Shown here: positions 1 to 11,342 of the stretch, one piece after another
Position numbering within the stretch: the first letter of the stretch is position 1
Layout of the letters: every line of letters begins with the position of its first letter
Assembly: GCA_004764695.1 (NCBI GenBank)
Contig: SMSO01000005.1
Location: 806,001 to 870,000 of the forward strand
Origin: Schizochytrium sp. TIO01
Taxonomy: Eukaryota; Protista; Bigyra: Labyrinthulomycetes
Reading direction: 5' to 3'
DNA length: 64,000 bases
Translations under genes and position numbers: made by a program
The notes under the pieces: model-generated
Databases searched by the model: none
Told to the model about the DNA's origin: nothing
What the model saw: the letters and a program-made list of their open reading frames with translations, nothing else

Positions 1-1
1 C

Positions 2-1648
2 GCCATCGATGCTGGTGTCAGCACTGTTCCTGGCAGTCTCGCAATTGTAAAGACAGATGCGCAGATCAAGCAAATTGCCAACGAGATTGGCTACCCTGTC
101 ATGATCAAGGCCAGTGCTGGTGGTGGTGGTAAGGGCATGCGTATCGCATGGAACGATGCCCAAGCCATTGAGGGTTTCCGTCTCTCCACGGAGGAGGCAC
201 GTTCCTCCTTTGGTGATGACCGTATCTTCATTGAGAAGTTTGTCGAGGAGCCCCGACACATCGAGATCCAACTCATTGCCGATTCTCACGGCAACGTTGC
301 TGCCCTCCCTGAGCGTGAGTGCAGTATTCAGCGCCGTAACCAGAAGGTGCTCGAAGAGAGTCCTAGTACCTTTCTCGACCCGGAAACTCGCAAGGCTATG
401 CAAGCTGAAGCCATCCAGCTTGCAAAGGCTGTCAACTACAAGAGTGCCGGTACTGTCGAGTTCCTCTGCGATAAGAACCGCAACTTTTACTTCTTGGAGA
501 TGAACACCCGTCTTCAGGTCGAGCACCCTGTCTCCGAATTTGTCTCTGGCATTGATCTTGTTGAGCAAATGATCCGTGTTGCCGCTGGCCACAAGCTTCC
601 GGATGAGCTCCTCAAGGAAGACCGTCCGATTCTTGGATGGGCCCACGAGGCTCGTGTTTACGCTGAGGACCCCTTCCGCGGCTTTCTTCCTAGCACCGGT
701 CGTCTCATTGACTACCATCAGCCAGGCACCGAGGACGTTCCTGAGGTCCGTGTCGATACCGGTGTCACCCAAGGCTCTGAAATCAGCATGTTCTATGATC
801 CTATGATCTCCAAGCTGGTTACCCACGGTGCTACCCGTGAGGAGGCTCTAGAGCGCCTTGAGGTTGCTCTTGACAACTACGTCGTCAAGGGTCTGGGCCA
901 CAACCTCAACTTCCTCATCGACGTCTGCCGCCACCCTCGCTTCCGGTCGGGCCAGATTACCACCAAGTTTATTGAGGAGGAATACCCTGAGGGCTTCCAC
1001 GGTGTCAAGCTCAATGAGGTTGAGTCCAAAAACCTCGTCGGTATGGCAGCACTCATCCAGGGTGCCCGCAACGAGCTCACCACACATATGCTTGATGCCG
1101 TGCGTGACACCGTCCAGCCGCTGACCCTGGTTGTCACCATGGATGGCCAGTCCACCAAGGTTGCTGTCGATGGATACACTGGTGAGACTGTTCTCATGGA
1201 TCCGGAGACAAACGAGGAGATCGAGCGCATCCTTATTCAGGACCTTGACTACACCCCTGGTGAAATCATCGTCCGCAGCAACATCGGAGGCGTTTCTCAA
1301 GTTGTGCAATGCCTTGACCGCATCCCTCAAGGATTTCGCCTTCAGTACTGCGGTGCCATCAAGACCATCCATGTACACTCAGAGCTTGAGTACCAGATGT
1401 CCAAATACATGCTCCCCAAGCCCGAGGTGGACATGGCCAAGTGGCTTCTTTCTCCCATGCCCGGTGCCTTGATTTCCGTGGCTGTCCACGAAGGCCAGGA
1501 AGTTTATGCTGGCCAGGAGCTCGCTGTTGTCGAGGCAATGAAGATGCAGAACGTTCTTCGTGCAGAGCGCAATGGAATCGTAAAGAAGGTTTACGCCGAA
1601 GCTGGCTCCACCCTCTCTGTCGACCAGGAAATCATTGAGTTTGAGTAA
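2..1648 (+). CDS. PCCA: Propionyl-CoA carboxylase alpha chain (biotin carboxylase + biotinyl domain), 5'-truncated by the window edge
   Basis: Frame is open from position 2 (AIDAGVSTVPG...GYPVMIKASAGGGGKGMR). Biotin carboxylase motifs RECSIQRRNQK, FLEMNTRLQVEHP and YDPMISKL; biotin attachment site EAMKM near the C-terminus. IAWNDAQAIEGFRL and QRRNQK fit PCC alpha better than MCC alpha. Confidence 0.93.
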   Translation, partial: AIDAGVSTVPGSLAIVKTDAQIKQIANEIGYPVMIKASAGGGGKGMRIAWNDAQAIEGFRLSTEEARSSFGDDRIFIEKFVEEPRHIEIQLIADSHGNVAALPERECSIQRRNQKVLEESPSTFLDPETRKAMQAEAIQLAKAVNYKSAGTVEFLCDKNRNFYFLEMNTRLQVEHPVSEFVSGIDLVEQMIRVAAGHKLPDELLKEDRPILGWAHEARVYAEDPFRGFLPSTGRLIDYHQPGTEDVPEVRVDTGVTQGSEISMFYDPMISKLVTHGATREEALERLEVALDNYVVKGLGHNLNFLIDVCRHPRFRSGQITTKFIEEEYPEGFHGVKLNEVESKNLVGMAALIQGARNELTTHMLDAVRDTVQPLTLVVTMDGQSTKVAVDGYTGETVLMDPETNEEIERILIQDLDYTPGEIIVRSNIGGVSQVVQCLDRIPQGFRLQYCGAIKTIHVHSELEYQMSKYMLPKPEVDMAKWLLSPMPGALISVAVHEGQEVYAGQELAVVEAMKMQNVLRAERNGIVKKVYAEAGSTLSVDQEIIEFE

Positions 1649-4600
1649 TTTACATGTTTTGCTTGGTTGACAGCTTGCCAGTTGTTCTAACCCTTCGCAG
1701 TCGAGTTCTTTTATCCTCATGTCCTCAAGCGTAGCTTTGCCTACTTCTATATCTTCGATGTGACAGTACTAGTAGCAATACCTTCTTGGTGCTTTCGCTT
1801 TTTTTTTTTCATTTTTAAAAAACCACTCTATACTTCGTAACATTTACCCAAATTCGATTTTACCCGCCCTGTCGTCCTGCATATGATACAAACTCATTCC
1901 ATTAACCCAGGTTTCCTTTGGACTATTGGATATAGTACACCTACCAGAACCTTGACAGACACAGACATTCGTTTCACAAAAGCTTTAGTAGTTTTTCTTA
2001 ACGTTATATATGCATGGAGAAGAATGCAACTGTTTTCTGTGTTTTTCCATGTCTCACGTATAGCCAAAGCCATGTTCTTTTTGGATGCTTGAATAGTAAC
2101 GCAGTTCAGTTGAACGCGCGTTCTATATCTTTCGATGATGGGCCGAATTAGTTAAATCTGTTTTTGTTATTCTATTGACAAAGATTCCTTGTATCTAAAG
2201 TTAATACTGAAGTTGGCGCTTTGAAGTTCAAGGACTTCACAACACATGTATGCTCCCGACACCGCGGAGTCACTTTCGTGCGAGCCTGTCTTGTAAATAA
2301 ATCTCAAAGTCCATGTATGCGAATCCATATCGAAGTTGTAATTTGGGCAAAACACGAATCATTCTATTGAAGTACCATGCTGCTTGTCACGCTCTCAAGC
2401 TTTGTGTTACTTGTATTAGTGAGTCCAGCCGCTACATGCTATTTTTCTACATACCAAGCACGTCGCTAATCGGTAGCATTCCAAGCAGCGCCAATTCCGC
2501 GACGCAAAGATGGGTTCACTGCTACTGTAATGCATTGTAGTGTTCCCTGTCTGTGCACTTAATCCATTTTGCCTTCTACTGACACTATCCGCATCAGTAC
2601 TGGGAGACCAAATCCGCTAATCTTAAGTAAAGAGTAATTAACATTGATTCCATTCTGTCCTTCTTTTCCCTCTATCATATCATATAGAGCAGTATGCTTT
2701 GTGAAACCTGAAGTGAGTTATTTGCTTCTCACTGTTTCATATCAAATAAGATTACCTTACCAAGTGTATATAAATCAAAATTGTTCACAATAGTGATGAG
2801 TTCTTCTTAGCAGGGACTGTGCTTTCCTTTGCTTGCATGCTTCTCTATTGATCTTCCTTGCCAACTTGAGTTGCATCCATCCCATTTTTATGCGCATGGT
2901 CAACCTCAGTTCCAAGATTGACTGCCTTTTCTCGCATTAGTATGTGTCAAACTAAGCAGCTGTCCCGCGCTATGCCTTGTCCTACTTTGTCTGTCCCCTT
3001 GCCATATGTTCATCTTGTAGTTTGTGTGATGTTTCAATAGGAAGATCTTGATCTCCGAGGGTCCCATCGTGTTGTTGTGATACTAGAAGCAGCGGTTTAG
3101 ATAGATACTACACCTAATAGACAAAGCCGCGGAGTCCCTGATTCTCGTGCATCCTGCTCATAGTCAAGCTGAAATGGAGCAGAAACCAAGCATAGCTGCG
3201 TCCCATCGTCCCATTGTAGTCAGCCTCCAGTGTTTTCACGCTCGCGCTCTCGATCGTCCCGCGTCCCATTCATCCATGATCCAAGAAGCAGCCAGGTTTA
3301 ACCTGGTTAGCTTGAAATATGCAGGCCATGGATCCCGCGCGCTCGAGCAGTCCGCGCTCCCGCAGCCGGAGCCACTGTGGGGTGTCTTCAAACGGTCGCA
3401 GAAAGCCCGCTGGACTTCTTCTTCTTCTCCTCCTCCTTCTCTTGCCTCCTCACCCTCATTTCGAGTCTTTCCTTCACAAAGGGCATTCGCATCACAGAGC
3501 TGCGTCTCAAGAACTAAAGAGTTTGCAGACAAAGTGGAGCGCAAAGGAAAGATGACGGACTCATATATTAAGCCATTGAAAGGGCTTCGGAATGTATTGT
3601 GAAATTGATCTGTCAAACTCAGGCACCGCGCTGCGAGACTGTCCTATTCGCATTTCAATCGACCCACACGCACGGTAGAATTGGGCACCAACCTCTACAT
3701 TGCTATACAAATCGCATTGGCCAGCAAACACGTGAATTATTTGGGTTGTCAGCGCACAGAGAAGACAAACCGGGAATGAAGAGAGAAATCCACGATGAGA
3801 CGAACCTGCTACGGGGTGCGCGTTGTGCGCACTACAAGCGCCGCGGCAAGTCGTCATGTTGTGCCCCCCTCTTCGAAGACCAGAAGAAACACTAGAGGGG
3901 TAATATGGGAGTATAGGAATTTGGTCTCACTTCGACTCTCCGCGTCTTCTCGCGCCTGCCTCTGTGGTGAGTCTCTCCAAGGGAACCCGCATTCGAAAGA
4001 ATATTGAGGGAAATTCACTAGTATCCCCGCAGATAGGCTCCTGGAATGGAGTAATCAAAGGTGCTGTGGGAGTGTGGGGCCACATCCGCGCCATCCAGGT
4101 AAGGCAAGTGGACTCCTCAGCGCGGCAGCCTCGCGGCTTAGGACTCCTTTATAGCTTGTTGAAGGACTTCGCCTTTCAAGATTGGAGTCTCCTCTCTCGA
4201 ATTGTGTGCATTTTTTAGACTGGGCAATATATTGGTGATCACACAGATGGGAAAATTAAAAAACATTAAATAAATACATTCATGACAAGGAATCCATCCA
4301 CCTTACGACTTATAGTGTTAATGGTAATCGATTGGTAGTTATAAAAGATGGAAGAAGTTACTTCGTAACTACTGTCATTACTGCCATGGAGAGAATGGAG
4401 TCTATGAGTGATGTTGTTTTTTCGTCCTCTCTCTCTCTCTTTCAACATGACGTCTTCCTCTTTTTCCCCAGTACTCTTCGAGTTGAAACCTTCACATGGC
4501 AGTAGGGGGTGTAAGTCGAGTGAGTGAAAACACGAAGCAAGAGATCTCCTCGTGCGTATCACACTCTGAATTTCCATTTCTTTCTTTTTTATTTATCTCC

Positions 4601-5117
4601 ATCTCTTTTCTTTTCCTTTTCTGCTTTTCCGTATATGTTGATCTTTTTTTCTTTTAAAACTGGTATCAACTGAGACCCAAAGAGGAGACCCGAGCGTAGC
4701 AGACGCAGACTAGCAACGTTGGAGCAATCCTGCTTCTTCACGCTCGCGGCAGCAGGCACCTCCCCAAACCACAACCTCTCTGGCCTCACTGACGCAAGCG
4801 AGCCCTGGCCTCCAGCTGACTTGCCCAGGAGCTCAGAGGCAGCAAATAAGGAACAGCAAAGCACGTTTTTGCGCTGGGAACCGCCGAGCATTCGACGTCC
4901 ACGCCGCACGTGTCGCTTGCTTGGGGTGAGAGCAAAACTAGAATAACGACGAGTTGGCTGGGCATTGAGGCAGACGTTTCAGGCCAGTTACTCGTGTAAG
5001 GACAAGCAACCATCGTCAACAACTACTCTCTCCCCGAAGAGATAATCAGCGGACGAGCGAGCGAGTGAGCCAGTCTCCAAGGAAACGCCAGACATATACA
5101 TTCAAACAGCACAAACA

Positions 5118-5605
5118 GTAAGGAAAAAGAAGACGGAAGACCTAACTTTTTCTTTTCTTAAAATTAGTTTAGGATTAGGAAAGAAGTGAAGGCAAATTCT
5201 TTGCACTAGTTCTTAGGGTAATTAGCTGCACATCGAGCATAGCCTGGCGCCACGCAAAAGCTCCGCCACACCTCAACCAGGCTAAGATAAGTGGAAAGTA
5301 AACATCTATTTGAGTCGAGACGAGTTGCCTTGTCTGTGCACGAACAAGCAAGGTCCGAAGACAACAAGAGTTGCTTGCTTGTGCAGCAGACCGGTTCCCC
5401 CAATCTCTTGGTTGATCGCAGCATTTGCACGACCTCAGTCAGGCAGGCAAGTCACGGGCTGACAAGTCAAGTCTACTGTGCAAAGGAAACAAAGTAAGGA
5501 CTGCGAATAGGAAAGACGCTTTCTGTTGTTGATAAGTCTTTCTCTATCTCTTTCTTCCTCTCCTCTCTCCGCGTTCTATCTTTTCTTCTTCTGTATTACA
5601 ATAGA
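5118..5605 (+). other. Probable 5'-UTR intron of CDC14
   Basis: Donor GTAAGG at 5118, then a long CT-rich tract (5537-5592) ending ...TACAATAG at 5605, upstream of ATG 5688. Confidence 0.5.
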
Positions 5606-5687
5606 AAGACGCAGATTATTCATCCTCCCCCCCGGTATAATCAATTCTCAATCACCCCCAAGTCTAGATATAACATTACAAGGAACA

Positions 5688-6947
5688 ATGGCAATGGCAG
5701 CTCCGAGGATGCTTAATGACCTTTCCGAGTCATATGAGTTTATCCCTGGGCGCTTATACTACATTCCTATGCGTATGAAACCTGTGCGCCAAAAAAAGGT
5801 AGCCTTTTTCAGCATTGACGAAGAGCTTGTCTACTGGAATTTCTTCAAGGACTTCGGCCCGCTCAATCTTGGTCAGCTCTTCCGCTTCTGCCAAATTCTC
5901 AACGAGCTTCTCGCCGACCCAAAGTTACGCGGCAAAGTGATTTATTACTACTCGAGCACCAATAGCCAAAAGAGGGCTAATGCAGCTTTTCTCATAGCAT
6001 CGTATGCGATGATCTACCTAGGCCGTAGCCCAGAAGAGGCATACGCACCTTTTCAAAATATCCAGCCCCCCTTTCCTCCTTTCCACGACGCTACCCCCTT
6101 TGAGTGTACATACAAACTCACTGTGCTGGACTGTCTTCAGGGCGTGTACCGTGCAATGCAGCACAACTTTCTTAACTTCAATACTTTTGACGTGGAGGAA
6201 TATGAACACTTTGAACAGGTCGAAGCTGGAGATCTCAACTGGATTCTTCCTGGCAAATTCCTTGCATTCGCCGGTCCCCATGATCGACGCATGCGCACAG
6301 CTGAAGGCTACGACACCTTGACTCCGGAGTTTTACATCCCATATTTCAAGAAGCGCAACGTTACGTTGGTCATTCGTCTAAACCGCAAATGCTACGATGA
6401 GAAGCGCTTCGAGCGCGCGGGAATTCGCCACCTCGACCTTGTATACCCGGACGGTACTTGTCCTCCTGATCACATCCTGAAAAGATTTATTGAGGCCTGT
6501 GAGGCAAATGAAGGGGCAATTGCAGTTCATTGTAAGGCTGGTCTTGGCCGTACAGGAACCTGTATCGGCGCATATATCATGAAGCACTTTGGCATGACTG
6601 CTGCTGAGACGATTGGATGGATTCGAGTCTGCCGCCCCGGTAGCATCATTGGCCCTCAGCAACAATTTATGGAACATATGGAGTCGATCATGCGCCACGA
6701 AGGAAAGCGCTTTCAGCAACTTCAGTCCAACGCTATGATGTCTCGCCAGGGTCTTACGCAGTCATTCGACTACGAATCTAAAACTGAAACCAAAGACACT
6801 GATGGCATCTCCCAGGGGGATTATCTTCGTTCTAAAAAAGGGACCAGCTCACACTCTAACATTCCAAACAAAAATGACCACTGGAGTATGTTTCAGATTC
6901 AACAGCAACAACAACAACAACTTCATCCGCAGCTTCCCGGATTTTAA
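5688..6947 (+). CDS. CDC14: Cdc14 dual-specificity protein phosphatase
   Basis: N-terminal DSPn domain (FSIDEELVYWNFFKDFGPLNLG, KRANAAFLI), GDLNWILPGKFLAF, catalytic HCKAGLGRTG, RVCRPGSIIGPQQ. First ATG is 5688; the TTG start at 5526 lies in a pyrimidine tract. Confidence 0.96.
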   Translation: MAMAAPRMLNDLSESYEFIPGRLYYIPMRMKPVRQKKVAFFSIDEELVYWNFFKDFGPLNLGQLFRFCQILNELLADPKLRGKVIYYYSSTNSQKRANAAFLIASYAMIYLGRSPEEAYAPFQNIQPPFPPFHDATPFECTYKLTVLDCLQGVYRAMQHNFLNFNTFDVEEYEHFEQVEAGDLNWILPGKFLAFAGPHDRRMRTAEGYDTLTPEFYIPYFKKRNVTLVIRLNRKCYDEKRFERAGIRHLDLVYPDGTCPPDHILKRFIEACEANEGAIAVHCKAGLGRTGTCIGAYIMKHFGMTAAETIGWIRVCRPGSIIGPQQQFMEHMESIMRHEGKRFQQLQSNAMMSRQGLTQSFDYESKTETKDTDGISQGDYLRSKKGTSSHSNIPNKNDHWSMFQIQQQQQQQLHPQLPGF

Positions 6948-7574
6948 GTTGAGTTCATTTCTTTTGTATTATTCCAGCGTTGCTGAACAAAGCCGAGGCC
7001 TTCTTTAAAATCCTCTTTTAAAACGAAAACAAAAAACATCTCAGGAGTAAAACTCCACGTCGGTTGATGATACGTCGGCATATTAGTGAACCGGCTCCAG
7101 CGTCTCTGTGATTTTCACTTGCTACTGTTATATCATAGAAACAAACCCAATAAATCTCATCACACAGCAAACACCAAAACAATGTATCTTCAATGTGGAG
7201 AAAAGGAGATACATATCAAATCAATAAACCAATTATAAATTAGCATCGATTAAATGTCGAGCATGGCGCTTTTTCATGTTGCTGAGATTAATCTTATCTA
7301 TTTTTTTTTTTTAAATGATTTCCCTCATTTGTGCCGAGTCATTTGTATTATTCAAAAGCCACTTCTTGAAGTGGAGTAGAATTATTCGCTTATCAAATGT
7401 TTGAAAGCTATTGCTCATAAAAAGAACGTGCATGCTCCTGTGGCGTGCAGGAGGAGTTACGTTTAATAGAAATGACTAGATGTGCAGGTTTCAAAACCAC
7501 ATTTGATACTGTATGTGAAGGTTCTATTGACCGTAAAATAGACTAAGTAAGACACCAAGACATATTTTTACTTT

Positions 7575-9279
7575 CTATTTTGGATACAGAGTTGCACAAG
7601 TAGTACTGCAGCGGGCTCGTCTCTCCCGTTGTTTTGTTGTAATATCGTCCCGGTTGGCGGCTCGTCTTCTGCATGTCCGTTCGTCTTCTACTGTTTCCCA
7701 AATCCAACCAATTTGATGGTTTTTGCTCACTACCCCGACACCTTGTGATAACCGCATTTCATAATCAAGCTGAGAAGTCACATCCCAACGCTTTGCACTT
7801 TGTTCGTCTAATTCCCGAATCCGCTCTTGAACATTTGGCCTAACACGCGTTCTCAGATTGTTTACTCCGTTCAATTGTTTTTGACGAAGGCGTTCCTGTG
7901 GAGAAACTCGTCCAGACTGCTCTGGATGATATCTTACTTGCCGGATATCAAGCTCTCGACGAGATGCCAAAGCCGAAGGGGGTCGATATTGTTGATGAGA
8001 TGTTGCCAGTTGTTCCCGTCTGACGCCAGCTGTTTGAGGTCTATTGAGTGTTCGTCGCGATTGCTCTTTCTGAATATTTCGAACTCTAGAACTTTGTGGC
8101 GGGGATTTTTGCAGCTTTGTGACATGTTTTTTCGTTTGCTGTTTTTTCATTGATGATTTGGGTTCACTTCCCGCTGAGGATGATCCTATCTCACGTTGTT
8201 GGCCTGTCTGACCTGGTGTGATTAACTCGCTGCTTTTTGATTTTGCCGCAGCCTTATCATGGGACTCATATTGAGTATCCTTGAGAGTAGGATCATTTAA
8301 GTTGCGCACCACGTCCTCTTTCTTCAACCCTGCATTGCGAAAAGAGTTTCCACGCGATGGCGAGGATGTTAACAAGACCCGTTGCTTTGAGCTGCCCATC
8401 TGACTGTGAACAACGGTTGTGCGACGAGGCTTGCAGGCAAAAATGGCATCTTCATCTTCATTCAAATTGCTAGAAACTGCAAACACAACCTCTTTAGTTC
8501 TGCGAGCTGGTGCAAGGTCAACAGCTTCAAGGTCGCTCTCTTTGCCTTGACGACCAACACGATGTTTGCCTGTGCCACTGACGCTATTGCCTACGGTATA
8601 TTCAAGACTAGGTCTTCGTAAGAGGTTGTCCCGCAGGTCATTGTTGCTAAAATTTGACTCATCATCTTTTGCAGCTTCGAGATCTTCTCGTCTGATATCT
8701 GGTTTGTTTTGGCTGCCCTGGGAACTGGGTCTCACGTCATGCTCAGTGGCATTTTTCGAAACCTCCTCTTCCGAAATGCGGCCTAGCATGACGGCGTAGA
8801 GCCAAGGCAAAGTCTCCCGTTCTGAAATTGGTAAGCACAGATGGTACGCTGCTAAAGAGCAGCGTTGCGACCTTCACCTTGGCGCGTGCTCATTCCTTTT
8901 TGTATCACAATGAAAGTGAAGAATTAATTTCCTCTTGGCTGTAGCGTTCTTTTCTTCTCATATTGCAGGTAGGGTACTACCTACGTGCTATTAGCTGTAC
9001 CCTCTATATTCTACTTAGAAGTACACACCTGTTCTCTTTCACCGGACCTTTTCGTTGTTGTATCCTTTCTCCTAGGCTCTCAGTCTTTCAAGAGCAAGCA
9101 ACTTTCAGATATAAAGAATCTGGGAGGAAGCACAAATGCACGTCTTGCTGGTGTTTCTAACTAGTGTCTAGCGATGCTATGCTTATCGCCTACTCTTAAT
9201 CAAGAAAAATGTATTACTGATTAAACTGTTCTTTCTTTTCTCTTAATGTCATACTTGGTACCTCCTTCCTTGAAACCAT
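7575..9279 (-). CDS. Hypothetical protein, largely disordered and basic (2 exons)
   Basis: Long ORF 7575-8810. Proposed exon 1 is 9279-9255 (MVSRKEVP+A, donor GTATGA), intron 9254-8822 (acceptor TTTCAG), exon 2 8821-7575; the join is in frame (MVSRKEVPKRETLPWLY). No recognisable domain. Confidence 0.65.
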
Positions 9280-9441
9280 CTTCTCCGTCAGAGGCACGGA
9301 GACAAAGAAGACGTTGCTTGAGATTTTGAATGAAGGTGCACTGAAATGAGCAATAGCGAGTGGTATTGAGTTTACAATAATATGGTGGAGAAAAGAATTC
9401 AGAAAGGCCTGTGAGCAAATACGATCCCAGACATCTGCTAA

Positions 9442-10673
9442 TTATTGGGAATATTCAAAGTGTCTCTCATAGTATGAGGCCAATCGCGAGGCAGGGAATC
9501 TTCTTAGTAGTGACACAAGCACTTGGCGGTGTAGTGATGCAGCAATGATAACCTCTCGAGGGCGGTAGCGCAGGACCTTTTCTAGGATGACTTGATTTAG
9601 AACGTCCGGTTTCAAGGACGGTCGCTCATACATAAATTGCCCCTCGCCAACTTGAGCTGAGGCGGCAGAAATAATTGAATCAGGACTTACTAAAGTCACG
9701 AAAATGTCCTTTGGGGCCAATTCTTTCGCTGCGCTTAGTGAAAACCCTCGCACAGCATGCTTACTTCCTGAGTAGATTGAAGACCCTGAAGTAAAGGCGA
9801 GAGCATCAAGACCAGCAAAGTTGATTATGTGACCGCCAATTGGAAGCCGATCCGTAGACTCCTGCTTCTCCATTTGAAGACTCGCAAGAAGTGTCCCAAG
9901 GACTGCACCCTTAAAGTTAACATCAATCTGTTCATCGATGTTGAGTTCCCCAAGTTCATGCAACAAACCCGGCTGGAAAACTCCAGCAAGGTTGATCACA
10001 ACATCGACCCCTTCAAGCCAATGTTCTGCGTAGCGCATTGTAGACTCCCACTGTGATTTATCTTACAAAAAAAGGTCAGTTTCTTCTTGGTCCCTAAAAA
10101 GCAAAGAGTAAGCGTCTTTGTGTACATAGGATACAGATGTTTTGGTGTTTTGTGTTTTATGTTTTTCAAGAGGATGGGGTATAACACAATCAGAAAAGTA
10201 AATATCTCCCCAAAGTAGTGATAAAGACGTGCAAAACTACATGAGCTTAGATATCTAAGAGCCAACGGAAAACTTACATCACTTGCCTGTGTTACATTGA
10301 GTGGTTTAATGCGCAGATTTGCGGAGGCATTTCTCCAACCCTCGTCCTGTGCGGTGAGTGCTTTCAGTGCGCGATAATCCCTGTCAGTTGCAATGATCCG
10401 ATGACCTTTTGCAAGAAGCGCAGCACAAAGCTGCTTGCCAATCTCAGACGCTGCACCGGTGACCAAAATCCGTCTTGGGGCATCGTGAAAGCGCTTCCCT
10501 GCACGCTGGGCCGCCGATGGCCACGGTTGGCCGAACAGAAACGTCAAGGCCAGAATGACCAATAAGATTGAACCAAGTACCAGTCTAACTTTCAGCGGTA
10601 CTTCTGTTACATGTTGCACCAAATCGCCAAGCTGATTCAACAAAAGATCCACGAGTTGCTCTTCAACAGACAT
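9442..10673 (-). CDS. Short-chain dehydrogenase/reductase with N-terminal membrane anchor (2 exons)
   Basis: Exon 1 10673-10278 has a hydrophobic segment and ILVTGAASEIG. Intron 10277-10051 (GTAAGT...CACAG, phase 0). Exon 2 10050-9442 has VDVVINLAGV and YSGSK (YxxxK). The splice merges the two overlapping ORFs into one SDR. Confidence 0.88.
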
Positions 10674-11342
10674 CTTGAACTTTCTTCATCCCGATCTGAT
10701 GTAGGTCTACATCAAAATATCGCTACAAGAGGCTCTTCCATCTGCCTTTTCCTTCTTCTCCTTCTTCTAATACCATTATACTCCCTCATAGTACTGCTCA
10801 CTAGCCCTACTATCGTGGGAGTTACGTACGAACATCAGAAAAACTCGTATTTACTCTTACTGTTTAAGCTGGTGGAACCTTAGTTGACCTTGAAACTTAA
10901 TATATACACATGGCACCATCGTCTTTGACAGAAGCATAAATCTATATTATACCACTCTGCTGTCACAATCAGTCTTAATGAAGAAGTTAGACCCACAATT
11001 TATATAGGTAGCGCAAGGAGATAAATGTGAGCGCGTGTTTGAACGTTCACCCATCTATCAGAATCTTGAAATTACAAACGTCTAGTTTTAAAAAAGCCTT
11101 TTCAATCACTGTTGTTGCGGGGGCATGTTTCAATCTCACAAACTAACTTTACTCCAAAGATGCAGCAATCAATAAAAGAATTAATATGACGAGGATAGTG
11201 ATATAGTGAATGTCTTGTTTTTAGAGAATAAGGATATACATTCTCGATCAATTGAGGTGCGCCATCCCAATAAATATTTTTATTTTTTAGAATAGTGATA
11301 AAAATTCACCACCACTGTTTTGTTTTCTCAACTCCAATTAAT

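Noticed and set aside
3147-4946. Cluster of 70-150 aa ORFs upstream of CDC14
   Set aside because: Low-complexity, mostly non-ATG starts, no domains; typical of GC-rich promoter/UTR sequence.
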